Program-made: the position numbers and the translations under genes | NCBI GenBank assembly: GCA_038229875.1 | Contig: JBBROA010000002.1 | Location: 1,713-65,712 of the forward strand | Reading direction: 5' to 3' | Origin: Thermoanaerobaculia bacterium | Lineage (GTDB): Bacteria > Acidobacteriota > Thermoanaerobaculia > UBA5066 > Gp7-AA6 | Length of the DNA: 64,000 bases | Notes under the pieces: model-generated | What the model was told of the DNA's origin: nothing | Database searches by the model: none | The model's input: only the letters and a program-made list of their open reading frames with translations | Part shown: positions 62,618 to 64,000 of the stretch, one piece after another | Position numbering within the stretch: the stretch's first letter is position 1 | Layout of the letters: every line of letters begins with the position of its first letter

Positions 62618-64000
62618 TCAGACCTCGGGCGTCCCCGGGCCCTCGCTCCTGGGTGGCCGCGGACGGCGCAAGACCCGCTCGGTCAGGCTGCCCTGTCGAA
62701 CCCGCACACCCGAACGGGTCAGCTCGCTGAAGGCGACGTCCATGGGGACATCCAGTCCGGTCGATTTCGACAAACCGATTTTCTGGCTCGCGTAAACGCT
62801 GCGGTGACCGACGATGAGAAAGGCAGTTCCGGCCGCGAGGGCGGCGTAAACGCCAAGCCCGACCGGCAGCAACTCCATCCCCATCACCGCCGCCGCGATT
62901 GGTGTATTCGCACCAGCGGCCACGAGGGCAACGAACCCAAAGGCGGCGAAGGCGCCGACCGGAAGATGGAAAACGCGCGCCAGCGCGGCTCCGCCGGTAG
63001 CGCCGACGAAAAAGAGGACTGTGATGATGCCGCCGCTTCCCCCCGTCTCGAGCGTGACGGCGGAAGCGATGATCTTACAGAGAAAGGCGAGCAGTGCGAT
63101 CTGCGCCGCGCCCGACAGGGCGGCCTCGATCGTTTCGGTTCCGAGCCCCGCATATTGTGCGCCCGCCAGTTGATAGAAGAGCGCCAGGAAGAGCCCTCCG
63201 GCCGCTGCGACGCGATAGGGGTAATGCTCGAATCGCCTGAGCCCCTTCTCGAGCGCCCGCATGGTCTCGATCAAGATCAGGGCCGCGAGCCCGAAAGCGG
63301 CGCCAAAGACGATCGCAAGAAAAACGACCTCGGTCTGCCGGAAGGATGCGAGCGACTCGTGTAAGACAGGGACCGGAGCTTGAACGCCGCAGACCAGATG
63401 AGCAACGATGGCGGACACCAGGCAGGGAAAAAGAACCGAATACTCGATTCGCCCGAGGTAGAGAACCTCGATGCCGAAGAGCGCGCCCGAGACCGGCGTG
63501 CCGAAGACCGCCGCGAATCCGCCGCCGATGCCGCAGATCACGAGACGGCGACGGTCTTCGTCGTTCAGCCGCAAGACGTCGGCGAAGAGGCTCGCGATCG
63601 ACGCCCCGATCTGGGCGCACGGCCCTTCTTTGCCAACCGAACCGCCGAAGGCGAGCGTCAGCACCGTCGCCAGGAGTTTTACCGGAGCGACCCTCCAATC
63701 GATCTTCCCCGAACTCTGATGGACGGCGGCTATGACCGCTTCCGTGCCGTGCCCCTTCGCCGTCGGAGCAAAGGTTCGGATCAGCCAAACGCAGCCTGGC
63801 AAGGCGAGTGGGAGCAAGAAGTAATACGGGAGCGGACCCATGCGGATCTTCGCTACGAGGCCGCTCGACGCCGCCAGCGCCCAGAGAAAGGCCTTCGTTC
63901 CCAAACCCACGGAAAGCCCCGCGACCGCTCCGAGAAGCGCCCACTTCAGCGTGCTGATGAGAAGCGCGGTGTGTTCGGTATACCAGCGGCTCTCGTCGGC
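62618..64000 (-). CDS. ClC-family chloride channel; N-terminus runs off the right window edge
   Basis: GSVGKEGP, GIGGGFAAVFGTPVSG and GIEVLY motifs. The reading frame stays open to position 64000 (…RWYTEHTALLISTLKWALLGAVAGLSVGLGT…), so the track start at 63910 is internal. Confidence 0.88.
   Translation of the reverse strand, partial: ADESRWYTEHTALLISTLKWALLGAVAGLSVGLGTKAFLWALAASSGLVAKIRMGPLPYYFLLPLALPGCVWLIRTFAPTAKGHGTEAVIAAVHQSSGKIDWRVAPVKLLATVLTLAFGGSVGKEGPCAQIGASIASLFADVLRLNDEDRRRLVICGIGGGFAAVFGTPVSGALFGIEVLYLGRIEYSVLFPCLVSAIVAHLVCGVQAPVPVLHESLASFRQTEVVFLAIVFGAAFGLAALILIETMRALEKGLRRFEHYPYRVAAAGGLFLALFYQLAGAQYAGLGTETIEAALSGAAQIALLAFLCKIIASAVTLETGGSGGIITVLFFVGATGGAALARVFHLPVGAFAAFGFVALVAAGANTPIAAAVMGMELLPVGLGVYAALAAGTAFLIVGHRSVYASQKIGLSKSTGLDVPMDVAFSELTRSGVRVRQGSLTERVLRRPRPPRSEGPGTPEV

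Overview
Contig and overall character: this 64 kb window is a high-GC (about 68-70%) chromosomal segment with heavy GTG/TTG start-codon usage and many 4-nt GTGA/ATGA stop-start overlaps. That pattern is compatible with an Acidobacteria-like soil bacterium, but the taxon is not determinable from the sequence alone. Every long antisense ORF on the six-frame track is a GC artefact. Coordinates for features not on the ORF track come from my own counting and may be off by 1-2 nt.

Backbone genes, left to right:
- ligA (minus strand, C-terminus runs off the window) sits divergently from a secreted M1 zinc aminopeptidase.
- a membrane protein, a YdjM/DUF457 hydrolase, and an SDR oxidoreductase follow.
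- next are a receiver-PilZ response regulator and a dCMP deaminase.
- then a five-gene translationally coupled operon: a FabF-type ketosynthase, a ketosynthase-like protein with Cys/His/His replaced by Asp/Asn/Glu (a chain-length-factor analogue), a 4HBT hotdog thioesterase, a 189-aa minimal exosortase/archaeosortase-family protein, and an unknown polytopic membrane protein. No ACP, KR, DH or PEP-CTERM cargo is nearby. I consider this the best candidate for an undescribed system: an exosortase core wired into an acyl-chain-building module.
- a FHA-Fis regulator lies divergent from smc.
- a tRNA-Thr(CGU) with a plausible sigma70 promoter follows.
- the tRNA is followed by a roughly 4 kb lower-GC (about 55-58%) island with TAA stops and AGGAGG Shine-Dalgarno sequences. 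It encodes an 8-Cys small secreted protein plus a 787-aa secreted protein with multiple carboxypeptidase-regulatory-like domains.
- a receiver-domain protein and an intracellular S8 subtilase with a CBM48-like tail come next.
- then an orphan DGQHR (DndB/DpdB-like) protein, a LemA plus HtpX-like M48 pair, a zinc-ribbon protein, an Hsp15-like S4 protein, and an EAL protein.
- acs sits divergent from an MHS-type MFS transporter, followed by a porin.
- two paralogous Tat-SBP/ATPase/permease/permease ABC operons flank a metabolic block of aguB-aguA, thrA-thrB-thrC, a tautomerase, a putative sigma54-dependent small membrane gene, an NtrC-family activator, and aceB-glcD-glcE-glcF.
- the window ends with a CPA2 antiporter, a P450, and a ClC channel that runs off the right edge.

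Non-coding signals:
- a structured repeat family of about 230 bp (two full copies, one partial, and one reversed 50-bp fragment) carries hairpins that co-vary between copies and sits next to or over stop codons.
- a short dispersed CAGCTGTCAGC / GCTGAGAGC motif recurs at three gene ends.
- a perfect 34-bp palindrome lies between the small membrane gene and the tautomerase.
- a GGGGTTA-type G-quadruplex motif sits at the 3' end of the htpX-like gene.
- two textbook hairpin+T-run terminators follow the MFS and lemA genes.
- two short tandem duplications lie exactly at gene junctions.

No CRISPR array, rRNA, integrase or transposase was seen.
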